Source: Lama glama
Lineage: Eukaryota
Direction: 5' to 3'
Length of the DNA stretch: 64,000 bases
Assembly (NCBI GenBank): GCA_028534125.1
Contig: CM052817.1
Coordinates: 96,598,001-96,662,000, forward strand
The notes beneath the pieces were generated by a model. It was not told the origin of the DNA and did no database searches. It saw nothing but the letters and a program-made list of their open reading frames with translations. Made by a program: the position numbers and the translations under genes. This document shows positions 26,121-39,682 of this stretch, piece after piece (position 1 is the first letter of the stretch; the number at the start of each line of letters is the position of its first letter).

Positions 26121-26199
26121 TATCCCTACTTCCTTCAGTCACCACTGAAAGTAACTGCACACCCTTTATCCAGATAGAACAAATGTGCTCTCTGATACT

Positions 26200-26352
26200 T
26201 TGAGAAAGTAGTTGTCTGGGAGCAACAACACTGACATCACCTAGGAGCTTGTTAGAAATGCAGAATCTCAATCCTCACCCCAGATTTACTGAGTAACAAT
26301 CTGCACTTGAGCAGGGCCATTGGGATACACATTATAATTTGAGAAGCTCTGC
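26200..26352. mobile_element. MER5A-like hAT element
   Basis: CATCACCTAGGAGCTTGTTAGAAATGCAGAATCTC...CCCCAGATTTACTGAG...TTTGAGAAGC. Confidence 0.75.
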
Positions 26353-26379
26353 TCTGACACACCATTTGCCCCTAGTAGC

Positions 26380-27720
26380 TCTACTTCCTTCCACAGAGCT
26401 GCCCTCCCATAGACTTTCCCACTCTGCCCTCTAGAATTACTGCTCCAAAATCAACAAAATCTCTATTAACCTTCTCTAAATGTTCCCCCATCTCCTTACC
26501 ATATCTAAACCCCAGCTTTCCCCTAAAGACACAAATTTCTCTGCAAACTTCTGCAGAGATGACTGCTTTTTCTTACACACTCCAAGGACATCAGAGGCAG
26601 GAGATGAAGTTGCCATCTTCCTTCTTCCCAGCTGCTGTCCTCCTTTTTGAGTAAAACACCCTGTTCTGCTGGGGCCACATCATCCAACGCTATGACTTTC
26701 TCCTACTTCTTATCCCTCTAGGCTTCAAATCTTTCATCAGCTCTCTTTCATCCACCAGCCTTTGCCACTTCTTCTTTCCAAGGCATTGTCATCTCTTAGG
26801 AGGACTACAACAACCATGGGGACAGTCGAACGAAGCTGGCCTCTCAGCTTCTTAACCACTTGTTTCCAATCACATTCTCCAATGCTTCACATCAGCACAT
26901 ATTTCTGGGTTCCACCTGGAACCCTGTCATCATCTGGAATTGCTCCAGTCCCAAAAGCACTAGATTAAGCACCCGACTCTCTGGTCAGAACCTCTTTTCT
27001 TCTAGTTTTCTTGCTGTGACCATTCTTCCACAATTTTCTAACCTCCCTCCTCATCTAATAGATGCTGGGGTCCATGATATTCCAGTAACATTCTTGCTAA
27101 TTTCCCAGCTACGCATGACCAATCTACAAATCTCCCTACAAGTATTCTCATCCTTCCTTCCTGCAACAGTGAAGGAATTTGACATTGTATAAGACCAACT
27201 CTTCCACTTTGCCTTAAATGCTATGTTCTTCACTTTCTCAGGAACTTTAGGAGCTACTGATTACCTTTTTTTCCTCTCTAATATTCAATTCTCCCCATCA
27301 AATGAATCCTTGTCATTGGCTTTTAAGCATGCTTAAGTTTTTTTCCATTAAAAAGTAATCAAAACTTTTCTTAATATATATCTCTTTTTCATCTCCTTTT
27401 AGGACATCTTTTCTCCTCTGCAAAAATAGTCTCAAAAGATTTTTTTACTCCTTAATTCCATTTACTTACCACTTACACATTTCCTCTGTCCATTTCACTC
27501 TATGACCTCTGACACTCCAGTGCAACTACTCACTAAGAGCTCTGATGACTTACAGTTCTAACGATTTTTGACTTTGTCTTCCTTGCTGCGTTATCTGCAA
27601 GACTGTCAGTCAGTCTCTTCCCCTTAAAACACCCTTTTCCTTTGGCTCTAATGATGCTCACTCTTCTGACTTTCCTGCTGTCTCCCTGGCTCTTCCTTCT
27701 CCCTCTCTTTTGCACAAGTA
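26380..27720 (+). mobile_element. Old L2 ORF2 remnant
   Basis: Long C/T-rich decayed tract with L2-like motifs (GGCCTCTCAGCTTCTTAACC, AAAACACCCTTTTCCTTTGGCT). Confidence 0.55.
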
Positions 27721-29058
27721 TCTGTCATTGACATTTTTAGAGCTGAAAGAAATTGCAAATATACAACCTTATCTTCTATATTCATATTTGTTTCAACAGT
27801 AGCTGTGTACCTAAATTAATATCCTTTGGGTTGCCTTATTAGAATCATTTTCAATTCTTATTGTATGACAATCTTCTGCATGACTTATCAAATCTGTAAA
27901 TTTCCCCCTTGACAAATCCAAATTTAATTCCCTTTGAGAAACCCAAAGTTAGCATGCCTCTTTTACCATCTTGTAGTATAAGTTTGCAATTTTGTGTTTT
28001 GAGCACATTGTTGGTCAGTCACAGATTGAACAATAAAAATGAATTTCCGAAATGCATATAAAGCCACGATGATGCTATAAAGAGACCAACATGCATTATC
28101 TGAGTACCCTTTCATTCATATATACTAGTTATATATGCTCCATCTTCAGTTAAAATGGCTCACTGTGATAACTGCAGATGGTGGGGAACTGAATATTGGC
28201 CATTTGGGATGAGATTAAATGAAAAATAACAATAAGGAGATACTTTTGAACTTACCTTTCAATAAGAAACAATGATTCCTTAGAAAATTAGCTCTAAATG
28301 TGCTCCCCTCCCCACCAAGTGTGGGTTCTCTAAGTCATAATGACCATTTCCCAGGATATTTTTGTAACAAAGATTCTCCCAGGGACAATTTGAAATTTAG
28401 GTAGTTTATTTCCCTTTGAATAGATAAAAGGAAAGAACAGAAATAAAGAGCGGAGACTCCCTTGGTAACTAGAATTATGTGTTCATCTTAGTAACACAAT
28501 GAAATCCATTACTTTGAGAAGCTGAACATAATTGTCAAAGCAGCTCTTAAGTATCCATCAATTATGAGAATTTTCCACATTGCAAGAAAGGCTTCTAGAC
28601 AAACTGCATGTCCTCAGTGATAAGGTCAATGTCTGGCCCGTGGGGCCTCTCTGTTCTCCTCTGTGACACAGAGGAAAGAAGACCTAGGTTTGAATCATTC
28701 TTCTACCACCAATGGGTCACTGGCATCAGGCATGATATCCTTTGTGAAAGCTTCTATTTTATCACTTGTAAAATGGAGATAACAGGGTTTTTCTCACATA
28801 GTGGCCCTAAATATTACATTAAATATTGTAGCAGACTGAATTTTAAACTACTCTTGATAAATATTCTAAAGGAAACAAAATATTTTATTCTCAAAAATAA
28901 TATTGTAGCAGAGATGAGGCACAGACCCAAATATCAACAGTATAGGAGAATGTATTTAAAGACCATTAAAAGAAAAATACAGGTGGCAGGAAGCATCAGA
29001 TCAAGGACTGTAGGCGTGTCTAGAAAACTTGTGGCTTGGGGATAATTCAGTAAGGGTC

Positions 29059-29960
29059 TGTGAAATACAAAATACACGTGTCAGCCTCTGCCTCCAGTTC
29101 CTGCACAGAGCTCCTAAGATCCTTGTAATTTTCTAAATGATAAGAGTACTAGGAGCATCTTTTTTCCGCCTGAAATTTGTCTTTGATCTTGGTTCCTGCC
29201 ACAAAATTCCTAAATCCCTTGGAACTTCCTGCATGACAGGACTGTCTTGTTCTTATGAGGTCACGCCAAGTGGGCTCTTTGATAGCTCCTGGATGGGGGC
29301 TAGTCACCAGAAAGACCAAGCCATCAACAGCTGCCTTGAATTTTCAGCCCCACCTCCCATTCTCCAGAGAAGGCACGGGGGGCTAGAAGTGGAGTTGGTG
29401 ATGGACCATGGCTATGGGATGAAGCCTCCAAAAAAAATCCCACAAGTGCAAGATTTGGAGAGCTTCTGGGCTGCTGAACATGTGGAGGTACTGGGGAAGC
29501 AGTGCACCCAGAGAGGGCATGTAAGTTCCGCCCCCCTTCCCATGTATCTTGCCCTGTGCATCTCTTCATCTGGCTGTTCATCTATATCATTTATTGTATC
29601 ATAAAATGCTCAGCATGTTTCCCTGAGCTCCCTGAGCTGTTCAAGCAAATAATCGAATCCAAGGGGGTAAAGGTCATGGAAACCTCCCATCTGCAGCCCA
29701 GCTGAACAGAACTGGGTAACCTGGGGACTGACTACTTGTTATTGGCATCTGAAGCAGGGGGGCACTCTCAAGGTTGCCCTGGACCTGTGGGATCTGATGC
29801 TATCTTTGTGTAGATAGTGTCAGAACTGAGTTAAATTGTAGGATACTCAGCTGGAATCCCAGAGAATTGCTTGCCATCGGAACCGCCCACCCACATCTAG
29901 CATCAGAGTGTTGGCAGTACTCTGAAAGTAAGAGCAACACATGGGAAGGAGGGTGTTTCC
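29059..29960 (+). mobile_element. MER21-like solo LTR
   Basis: TGTGAAATA start; GGGCTAGTCACCAGAAAGACCAA, CTTGCCCTGTGCATCTCTTCATCTGGCTGTT, GATAGTGTCAGAACTGAGTTAAATTGTAGGA; homologous to the inverted copy at 49036-51533. Confidence 0.85.
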
Positions 29961-30373
29961 TAAGGTAGGCTCTAAAAGACAATGTGTTCAAGCAGGTGGA
30001 GTCAGTGGTAGAGAGAGTAGAAAGGGGCAGGCAGGTAAAAAATATAATGCAAATCTTGAGCAAGAGTCCACAAGACTGGCATTAGAAATGCAACGTTAGT
30101 GTCTACCAGCTATTCAGGAAAGGACTCATGTGTGCAGAACTGGATTCTTGAACAGGGATGCAAGATCCAAGGGGGAAAAAAAGGACATTTCTCAGAGGCA
30201 AGAGAAAAGTACATATTCTCCATAAGGAGGTAAGTCCCTACCTGGAAGAACACAAAGATCTGAAACCTGACAGTCTCAATGAGGGGGAAGAATGACTTAC
30301 ATTAAACGCATAAATAAAAATTAAGTATTTATGTGAGCAATGGGGGTGCCATGGACTTCCACATTCACTGCAG

Positions 30374-30881
30374 TGCAGAGATGAAAATGTCTCTTTTGTC
30401 CCTTTCCTGTTCACCCATTCTGTCCCCCTCTAACCTTAAAAGAACCTCATTATAGGAATGAGATCACTAAGCAATTGAAACTAACTCCTGACTTATGCTC
30501 TCCTGAATGCACACCCCACCTCATTTAATCTGTTGATTTTTTTATTAGCTTTCTACCCTCAGAAGCCTCCTTCGCAATCCTGCAGGCAAGTCACACGGGC
30601 AAGGGAACTTCTGAAGAGAGTCAGCCAGACTGTCCCGCAATGGAGAAGGATGCAGAATCCAACCTACTGCCTCGATGATTCACTGAGATTCTTACCCTCA
30701 TTTTTCCTTTTAAAAATGATCATGGCTGAGAAGAATCTGCAGAGTTGGTCTCTGGACAGAAGTCCACCATCTCCCCATATTACCAGCTTTTCTGGTGAAA
30801 GCCCTTTGCCTTTCTACCAACACTTGCCTCTTGAATTATTTGCTTTCAAGTGACGAACAGCCAAACCAGAGTTTGGTCACA
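30374..30881 (+). mobile_element. ERV1 solo LTR (MER34/MER39-like)
   Basis: TG...CA ends; 3' end CTACCAACACTTGCCTC...GACGAACAGCCAAACCAGAGTTTGGTCACA. Confidence 0.7.
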
Positions 30882-33337
30882 GAGACACTGCATCCACTAG
30901 TGCAAACGAGCAGCAGAGACAAGGCACAAAGTCCCAGACTGCGAACCAAACCTCTGCTCCCTTGCCTTCTTATGGTTGCATTTCTCCCTCTGGGGCTAAT
31001 TAGAGTCCTTGATCTCTGTAATAAACTTCCTTGAGTTACTTTCTGTTCTAAAGGGCCACATTTGTGCTACACCTGAGGAGGGACATGGAGTGGCCAGTGG
31101 TCATGTGGGTCCAGGGCTCCAGAAAGAGCCACAGAGTCAAGAGCACAGGACACCTCATCATTTTGAAAAGTTAATGACTGCTGAACATGATTTCCTCTTC
31201 ATAGGCTTACCACCAACCTCATAGCTAACTCAAATGTTACTTCTTGCATCAAACGTCACCAAGTAGAGATAGCCTCTCTCCTCTCTAAATTCCACTATAA
31301 CCACTTGAAAAACGTATATTGTATAGTCTTTACACTGCTTTTTTCCCTAAAACATGGGGTAGAGGTGGCAAATTTAAGGGTCTGAGTCTGTGACAGGTTT
31401 TTGCACTCATAGGGAATTGCTGAGCCATCTCTCCCAGGTGGGGACCCCCAGAATTTTTCCCTTCTCCCTGTAGGTCATGGACACTGATCCCCACCTGAAG
31501 TCTCTGAGCCTCTCTGAGAGTCCTGGGTCAAGAAGCACAAGCGGCTTCAGAAAAACAGATGGTTTCACAATGTGACTGGACTGCACCTAAAAAACTTCGT
31601 CATAAAAATCCTGAAGCCAGGGCATCCACGTTTTCCATAACATAAAGTAGAATTAGTCCATGTGTGAATCACTTGGCTTCCATCTGCTTTTCATAAATGT
31701 CAGTGATTGAGAAATGGGGGCAGGAAAGAGCAGCAAGATGGGGAATTAATTGGACATCTATCTGCTGTCCCCTCAGAGAAATGCACAATCCTCCCACTCT
31801 CTTCCCCACAACAGAGAAAACACTTCTCAGCCTACTGCACTGAGAGGCAATAGATTTCAGAACTCCTGCAATAGTAAATTGAATTGTAAAGTTTTGCTAT
31901 CTTTATATTAATTTTAAAATAATGATTGTCATATGAAAATAGTAATTGTTTAATATTTTGTTTCTGAGTTACATCAACATGAAATTGTCACCTGATGTGG
32001 TCTGGGTAAAAAAAAAAAAAACTCCAAAGTTTTCTACTTTACAAACTTTTGTTTTATTGATATGTAATATGCATGTTTTTCTTTTTCTAGTCTCTGAAAA
32101 CAATAAAATTATGTCTATTTTGGTAAGAAAAGGCCTGAAAGTCAGTGATGAGTTAGAGAACAGTACATGTTAAGTTATTAAAGGCTAAATTTCTTATTAA
32201 TCATTTAATGTGAATAGCTATGCATTAATAGATTACAGAGGCTTCTGCCATATTGGTATGCTTGAAGAGATATACTGAATTGTTAGAATGTGATGTTCTT
32301 TCTGCTATTGAGCAAAGAAAAATGCAGTGCTAGACCTCTCCAATGTAAATAACAGAGTTCACTAAGAAGATAAACAAAAGCTTAGATAATGAAGAATTAT
32401 AAGGTCTTTAATGTTTAAATCTCTTTTGAAAACACTTCAAAGTTAAATCTAATTATTTTGAAGAATGGCCAAATGGATGGTTGCTGTTGTGAACATCAGA
32501 TCTTAAGGGCCACACCATCGGCAAGAGAAATAGAAACCTAAGCGAACCCCATTCCCAGATCTGATGAACACTAAGCTAACATGCTGCCAAGAAAAACATT
32601 TCACATTCACCGCCCTGGGTAAGAGTCCTTCCCCTGTACATGGGAGGAAGCCATTTGCCAGATGTTGCTGTTTATTTTACACGTCTCCCTCTGACTCGTG
32701 CTTATGGTCTCCTGACCTCCCCAACTTCTCCCATGCACACCACGGGGAGGAAAATCGGGACTCAGTAAACCCTGGCAAAGAAGTGCCTAGCTGTTCGAGT
32801 CAGGTCCTCGGTCTCAACATGTGTTCTTGTTTATGGGTCCAGCCTAATTGCTGACAGAGATCGAATGATTCAGCTTCCCTCCTCCAGTGCTATCTGGACA
32901 TCCATCAGGAAAGCAGACTGTTTTACAACCTGGCATCACAAATGACATCTATGATGGAAACTTTCTCTTTTATGACAACAACAAACCTATTAGTGATAAA
33001 TCAAGATAAAGAAAATGAAAAGAAGTCAAAACAAAAAGAAAAGACTGTGTTATTTAATAAAGGCACTCTATGACTTTAGAACTCCTAAAAGATGATGCAG
33101 ATCATGCAGCATGTCGGAGGTTATGTTCACCAAATACGGTTCTAGCAGGAATTTCAGTAGTGCTCTTGCTCTCTCCTTCCAGAGAATCAAACTGGCTGAT
33201 TGAGGATGAAGGTCTGGATTACTGGATTTCAATGTTACACATATGTTGTTAACTTCATGCTAAAATGACACTGGTGTTCACGCAGGCCTCTGTGTCCTCA
33301 GGGGTCTCACACCCACCATGTCTACGTGCCTACTCAC

Positions 33338-33475
33338 CAAAGCCAATGACGTCTGCGGTGGAGGACACCTCTGCGGCTGTGTCCTGGGGTCGGCTTCTGT
33401 GCTCTCCTGTGATTCCCACTGTCCTGTCCCACTTGCTGTCTTCTGGGTCCATTCCAAAAGTAGGAGCAGGGGAAG
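33338..33475 (-). other. Candidate internal exon of 138 nt, gene unidentified
   Basis: Acceptor ttttcctgacctccttatctttcaccccag|; donor TTG|gtgagt; no stop in any frame. Confidence 0.4.
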
Positions 33476-34051
33476 CTGGGGTGAAAGATAAGGAGGTCAG
33501 GAAAACAGATAAAGCACAGCTGAAGTCCGGTCAGCTTAGAACATTCTGCAAATGTACTCAGTAGGCCAGAGTTCCTCAAGGGTTACTCAAGGAACTCAAA
33601 GTGCTTGGATTTAAATCATCTCTAAGAATGTCTGTACATATACAGACAACCCCTGCTAGTATTCTTGAAATATTTCGTATATGCAGGGAATGACTCTGGG
33701 TGCTCAACAGTCATTGAATGAACAGTTATACAGTAATTCCTTGTATGAGAGACTGAGGAAAGATACCCTCATGATATCCTTGTTAAGATATTCGACTATT
33801 AGGCTAGTTAGTAGGACTTGACCTCTCCCAGATTTTTGGCAAAATTTCTCACTTGAAGTTAAGCAAAAATGGCCCCCATGTGATTGCAAATCTCCAGAAT
33901 CCTTTAAATTCTATTCACCTAGTTGACCAAAGGTTGAAAAGTATCTAATGCTGTAATTTACATACTGCAATCCGGTATTTCATACTCAATGTGCTTTTTA
34001 AAAACATCTTTTTCAGTTCAGTAACAAACCTGACACGACTGTGATTTAGTA

Positions 34052-34986
34052 CAGTGTTCTAAAACTATCTGTGGTGCAAGACCAGTTTTTTTTTTTAATT
34101 TTCAATCCAAAATAGGCAGACATTTTTGAAAAATAAAATGGAGATGAATTACCAGAAAAATAAATAAAAACACCTATGTTTATTTGCCACAATAGCCAAG
34201 ATATGAAAACAACCTAAGTATCCACTGGATGGATAAGAAAGATGTAAGATAGACAGATGATGGAAAGATAACATACAACAACAGAGTATTATTCAGCCAT
34301 GAGAAAAGAGAAATCCTGCCATCTGCAATACCATGGATGAACCTAGAAGACATTATGCTGAGAGAAAGAAGCCAGAGAAAAGACTAATACTGTATGATCT
34401 CACTTATGTGTGGAATCTTAAAAATTTTAAAAAGTCAAACTCACAGAGTAGAATGGTGGTTACCAGGCACTCAGGGGTGAAGGAGACAGGGAGATACTCA
34501 TCAAACGGTACAAGGCTTCAGTTATAAGATGAGTAAGTTCTGGGGAATCTAATGTACAGCATTGTGACTATAGTTAATATTATCTTGTATACCTGAAATT
34601 TGCTAAGAGAGTAGATCTTAAGTGTTCTCGATATCAAAAAAAAAAAAAACTATATGAGGTAATGGGTATGTTACTTGACCTGATTATGGTAACCTTCAAA
34701 ATGTATACGTATGTCAAATCATCACTGTACACATTAAATAGATACAGTTTCATTTGTCAGTTATAACTCAATAAGGGAAGAAATAAAAAAGAAAAACAAA
34801 AGACAGAGAAAATACAAATGCCATTGTTTTTATCATTTAATTAAACAGACATAAAATTACACTGCCAAGTTTTTTTTCAGTTGTGCAAAAAGTTGAACAC
34901 TCTCAGTTATTGTGTCTGGTCACAAACTTCTCACCAGCAGTCTGGCTGGCAGTACCAGTCTGCGGATCACACTAAGGGTCCCACTG
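34052..34986. mobile_element. hAT-Charlie (MER112-like) element split by an L1
   Basis: CAGTGTTCTAAAACTATCTGTGGTGCAAGACCAG left end and GCGGATCACACT...CACTG right end flank the L1 piece. Confidence 0.55.
34170..34795 (+). mobile_element. L1MA/MB 3' end
   Basis: CACAATAGCCAAGATATGAAAACAACCTAAG...TTTGCTAAGAGAGTAGATCTTAAGTGTTCTC...CTCAATAA. Confidence 0.9.
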
Positions 34987-35799
34987 GCTTAGGGCCAATC
35001 TTCTTCCTTTTGTTCTGAATCAAGCAGATTTAGGGCAGTAACTGAGTATGTTCACCTGTCATATCCCTCCTTCCCATAGCACTAGCACTAAGGTCTCTGC
35101 AGAGGAGAAAGATTGCTCCGTGTTGTTGAAGTGCATTTCCAATATTTTTCAAGTATAAAAGAAGTTATTTTTAATCCCGTAACCTTCAAGTTTTCTAAAA
35201 ATTTGAAGATTAAAATATCCATCAAATGTCAGAAAATAAAAGTCACTAAGAAAATGTCTGTTTTTCAAAAAAAAGTGATTATTCTCACTTATACATCTAT
35301 GTTCTCCCATTGAAATGCTACCAAGCCATATTTTCTTGGCATTAGGGAATAATGAAGATACGTGTGTAGGTAGCACAGAGCTCGTACAGATGACAGCAGG
35401 ACTTCCAACACGCCGTCCTTAGAAAGGAATGGGACAGGAAGTCTGTGTCTTACGTGTTCTTTTAATCTTTCTTTCTTCCTCCCTCCCCCTCTCTCACTCA
35501 TACACACACACACACACACACAGAGCACATACTACATTGGCTTAGCAGTTAAGTGCTTGGCTTTGTAACTAAACAGATTCCATTTAAGCCCTGATCATAG
35601 CACTTACTGAGATCTTGGGCAAGTCACTCACCCTTCTGTGCCCAGGTTTCACACTAGGTTCTCCAAAAATATTTTTTGAATGAGCAAAGGCATTTTTTTT
35701 AATGGTGTTGAAGAATAGTATAGTAGAAGATGGACAAACAGCCCCATTCTTTTTGATTTGTGCCAATTTCACAGAGTTAGGTTTAAAAAAAAAACACAG

Positions 35800-36052
35800 G
35801 ATACAGATATAGAGAACAAACTAGCGCTTACTAGTGGGGAGAGGAAAAGGGACAGGGGCAAGACAGGGATTAGGAGTTACAAAGTATCACATGCAAAGTA
35901 AATAAGCTCTAAGGATATACTGTACAACACAGGAAATACGGCCAATGTTTTATAATAACTATAAATGGAGTGTAACCTTTGAAAACGTGAATCACCATAC
36001 TGTTCACCTATAACATGTAATATTATACATCAACTATATCTCAGTTAAAAAA
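35800..36052 (+). mobile_element. L1 3'UTR fragment
   Basis: ACAGATATAGAGAACAAACTAG...AAGGATATACTGTACAACACAGGAAAT...TACATCAACTATA. Confidence 0.85.
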
Positions 36053-37039
36053 CAGTATCACGATGAAACATCCAGCAATTACTGATTCACGTCACAGTCT
36101 AAAGAACACTATCAACAACAGCAACCAGAGGGTCCTGTGAACACTGCTAATGAACCAGCACAGAACTTTCCTTCAGTGCTCGTACCCTCCTTCCTGATGG
36201 CCGAAGAATCACCTAAGCAGGCAAATAGAAAACCTGAGTTTAAAACGCCACTATTCTGTATTACTAAGTGTGTGCTCACGCATGCACGTTTTAAAAAACT
36301 GAGTCGAATCAGGACAGATATCGCCAATAAAAACCACTATTTGAATTCAACCACCATTTTAAAATTATTTCCAGGCTTTCAACATAGCATAATGAACCGA
36401 ATCTACCAAAAAAACACTATCTCAAGAGAAAATTCTAAAGTTATTATTGCCCATGACCCCTTCCCTCCCTGAGAAAGATGCAGATTAGCGAGACTCACAC
36501 AAGCAATGAAGTATAATTACAGAAGAGCCTTGTTACACAAAGTGCAACAGTTACAGAGAATTTTTACCCTGTAAATGGAATGGTGCAGAGGGGCCTGAAA
36601 TCACAGAGGGTACAGGAAAAGGACATGGAATTTGAGATCACAGGCCATGAGAAGACCATGCTGTACTGCCAATTTTTTAGCTGCAATCTAGTTTTTGTCT
36701 AATCTTTAAAATAAAAAATGATACATACTCCCAATGGGGTGTTATGAGAAATATGTAATACAACAGATCTGCAAAGCACTTTTCTAAGTTTATTAAGTTT
36801 TCAAATGTTCTTAAAGGTGATACAGAAATACATACTCCACTTTATTTTCATTTACAAAGCCTCCATGAGGGCAGAAAGGCAGAGAGCATTGTTTAAGACA
36901 GTAACATGGAAATATACACCCTTAGAACCACTGGCATAGCCTTAGCATCAATGGCTCAAGTCCCAAGGCTGAGCAGTCTCCCCAAAAACTGCCAGACCCA
37001 AAGCAACGTCCTGTTTCCCTCAATAAATACTGCTCTTAC

Positions 37040-37099
37040 TCTCCATTTCCTAAAGAGACAGAAAATGCAGTTTTTTTCCAACTAGCCAACATAATGGTC
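37040..37099 (-). other. Candidate exon of 60 nt, or a 10-nt microexon via an internal acceptor
   Basis: Acceptors ttttttcttcttcccgcag| (exon from 37099) and ctgcattttctgtctctttag| (from 37049); shared donor AGA|gtaaga. Confidence 0.4.
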
Positions 37100-38569
37100 C
37101 TGCGGGAAGAAGAAAAAAATTTGAAGTAGTAATAAACAGAGCTGCCCTCTAAACGGTGTGAAGAACACAAACAAAGATGGAAGCAGGAATACATGCCCAC
37201 CCCCTTCCTTAGCGCCGAAGGAGGAAAGCAGTGCAAAAGCTAGATGCGGAGCAATGTCCCACAAGGTCTCTTTATCAGCCGTGTGTGGATATTTGCATTT
37301 TGGGAAATACCCCTTCCCAAGTCATGCCGTATTCCTTGGGTCACTGTCCGCAAGCATGCTGTTCAAGTGATTCACGTTGGAAAGAGGGCCTTGCCCCACG
37401 ACTGAAGACTCCTAAATTGTTCTGGTGGTTCCATCTGCCAATGCGTATTAGTTTTGGCAGAGCAGACACATGGAAAGTTGTTCTCATATTCTTTGGGTTT
37501 TATACTTTGCATGTCAGATGAAACAGCAACGCAAAACTAAAACTGTTCCAGACCAAAGAAGACTTGGAATTTAATTTGGCTCCTGGAAGGCACAGTCATG
37601 GTGGAGGGGAGCGCTAATGGCAGGCTGGAGATGGATATTCTAGACTCAGTGCTGTTGCTCCACGCCACAAATCACTCAGCTTTCTGAGTCTCAACTGCTA
37701 CATCTCTGAACTGAAGAATTTATCCTGGATTAAGGTTTGATGATCACTAGTAAACCATATCAGATTAAAAGTCTTCAACAACTTTTTTTTAAATATTTAC
37801 CTTAAAGGGCTTTATTTAAAACTGTATTTCCTGTTGTTAAGAGACAGAATTAGAAAGTGAAATTAAAGTAAGATTTCTACTGAACTTTTTCAGTCATTTT
37901 GTTATTCATTAAATACGTATGAGTCCGTACACTTCTAATAAAATTAGGTGAATTAAATATTACTTTTATTTATATACCTTTTTTTCTTCTCTATTTCTCC
38001 CAATGGCCAACATCACTTATAGAATGAGGAACTGTTCTTTCAAGTTATGGGAAAGCAAATGGGTATCTGACAGAGGTTAGAAATTTGTGATTTCTAACTT
38101 TTGATTTGAAAACAGTTAAAGTGGAAAAAAAAAAGAAATCGCCAACAGTTTTACCTCTGTTTATCAGCCATGGCTTAGTAACTTTCTTTCAGACTTTTTC
38201 TACGCATAAATTTTCTAAAGAAAGAAGCAGAGTTTGTTTGTTTGTTTGTTTGTTTTTTACTTAGTGCTGGTAATAATGTATATACAATGTGACATCTTGC
38301 TTTTCTCACTGAATAGGCAAGTTAAAATAAGCATTTTTTCCAAGTCACTGAAAACTCTATATTTTATTGGTTGCATACTCTTCAACAAATGTATACCAAA
38401 ATTTACAGAGCCATTTCCAGATAGATGAGCATTTTAATTAGTAAGTTGTCAAACAATTTTAATATTTGTGTGTCAGGTACATAAAGCTTTCATCAAGGGG
38501 AGAAACTGCAACGCACAGAGATGGAACAGGGGGGAAGAGGAGCAGCAGATAAATTCCAGACCTATTCAA

Positions 38570-39125
38570 CATGCTCCCAGTGTTCACAGTAGCACTAGTA
38601 ACAAAGGCCAAGTCATGGAAACAACCTAAATGTCCATGGACAGATGATCAGATAAAGAAGATGGGGTGGGTGTGTGCGTGTGCGTGTGTGTACTAGAACA
38701 CTACTGAGCCATAAAAAAGGATGAAATAATGCCATTTGCAGCAACTTGGATGGACCTGGAGATTGTCATTCTAAGTGAAGTAAGTCAGACAGAGAAAGAC
38801 AAATACATTACTTATACGTGGAATCTAAAAAAAAAAAAAGGACACAAATAAATTTATTTATAAAACAGAAACAGACTCATAGACATAGAAGACAAACTTA
38901 TGGTTACCAAAGGGACAGGTGGGGGAGGGATAAATGAGTTTGGGATTAGCAGATACAAACTACTATGTACAAAATAGATAAACAACAAGGACCTACTGTA
39001 TGTATACCACAGGGAACTATATTCAATTTCTTGTAATAACTTATAATGAAAAAGAATATATATATATACATATACATACATATAACTGAATCACTATGTT
39101 GTACACCAGAAACTAACACAACTAG
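38570..39125 (+). mobile_element. L1 ORF2 end plus 3'UTR
   Basis: CATGGAAACAACCTAAATGTCCA...GCCATTTGCAGCAACTTGGATGGACCT...TGTACACCAGAAACTAACACA. Confidence 0.92.
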
Positions 39126-39579
39126 ACTTTTTTTAAAATTCCAAATATTTGGAAGAGACCCAAATAAGAGTCCCAGGGAAAGGCTGCATGCTCTGCCTCA
39201 GTGGAGACATGGCAGTCAAGGAAAAAAGTGGGCCTTTTGGTAAGGAGGTCCCACCCATTCCACAGCCATGCAAAAATATCCCTCAAGAGAAATGTGACTT
39301 CCTACAACAGCAGAAAATGGCTTCCAAAACAGCGTGATGCAAAGAACCAAGCGGCGGTGACAAATTCCACTGTCCCCAAAGTGCTGAAATGCAGTGAGGT
39401 GAGCAGCCAACCTCTGTAGTGTGGGTGTTGTAAGAAAAAGGAAATGTAGCTGGTTTTCAATCCCAGTATTGAAGTATAAGGAGTTTTTTAATTGCTAACC
39501 AGGGTCTGTAATATTTTCATTCATGTATATATATATATATATATATACATGATTTATATATATATATAAAATATTTCTT

Positions 39580-39682
39580 CTTTTTTTTTTGGCAGGGGTA
39601 GGTAATTAGATTCTCTTATTTATTTTCAGAGGAGGTGCCAGGGATTGAACCCAGGACCTCATGCATGCTAAGCATGCACTCA
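39580..39682 (-). mobile_element. Vic-1-like SINE lacking its 5' head
   Basis: GGTAATTAGA...GGGATTGAACCCAGGACCTCATGCATGCTAAGCATGCACTC, ending before the A box. Confidence 0.85.

Noticed and set aside
28608..29705. Longest ORFs (145 and 155 aa)
   Set aside because: They overlap a MIR-like fragment and the MER21-like LTR, and have no recognisable protein features.
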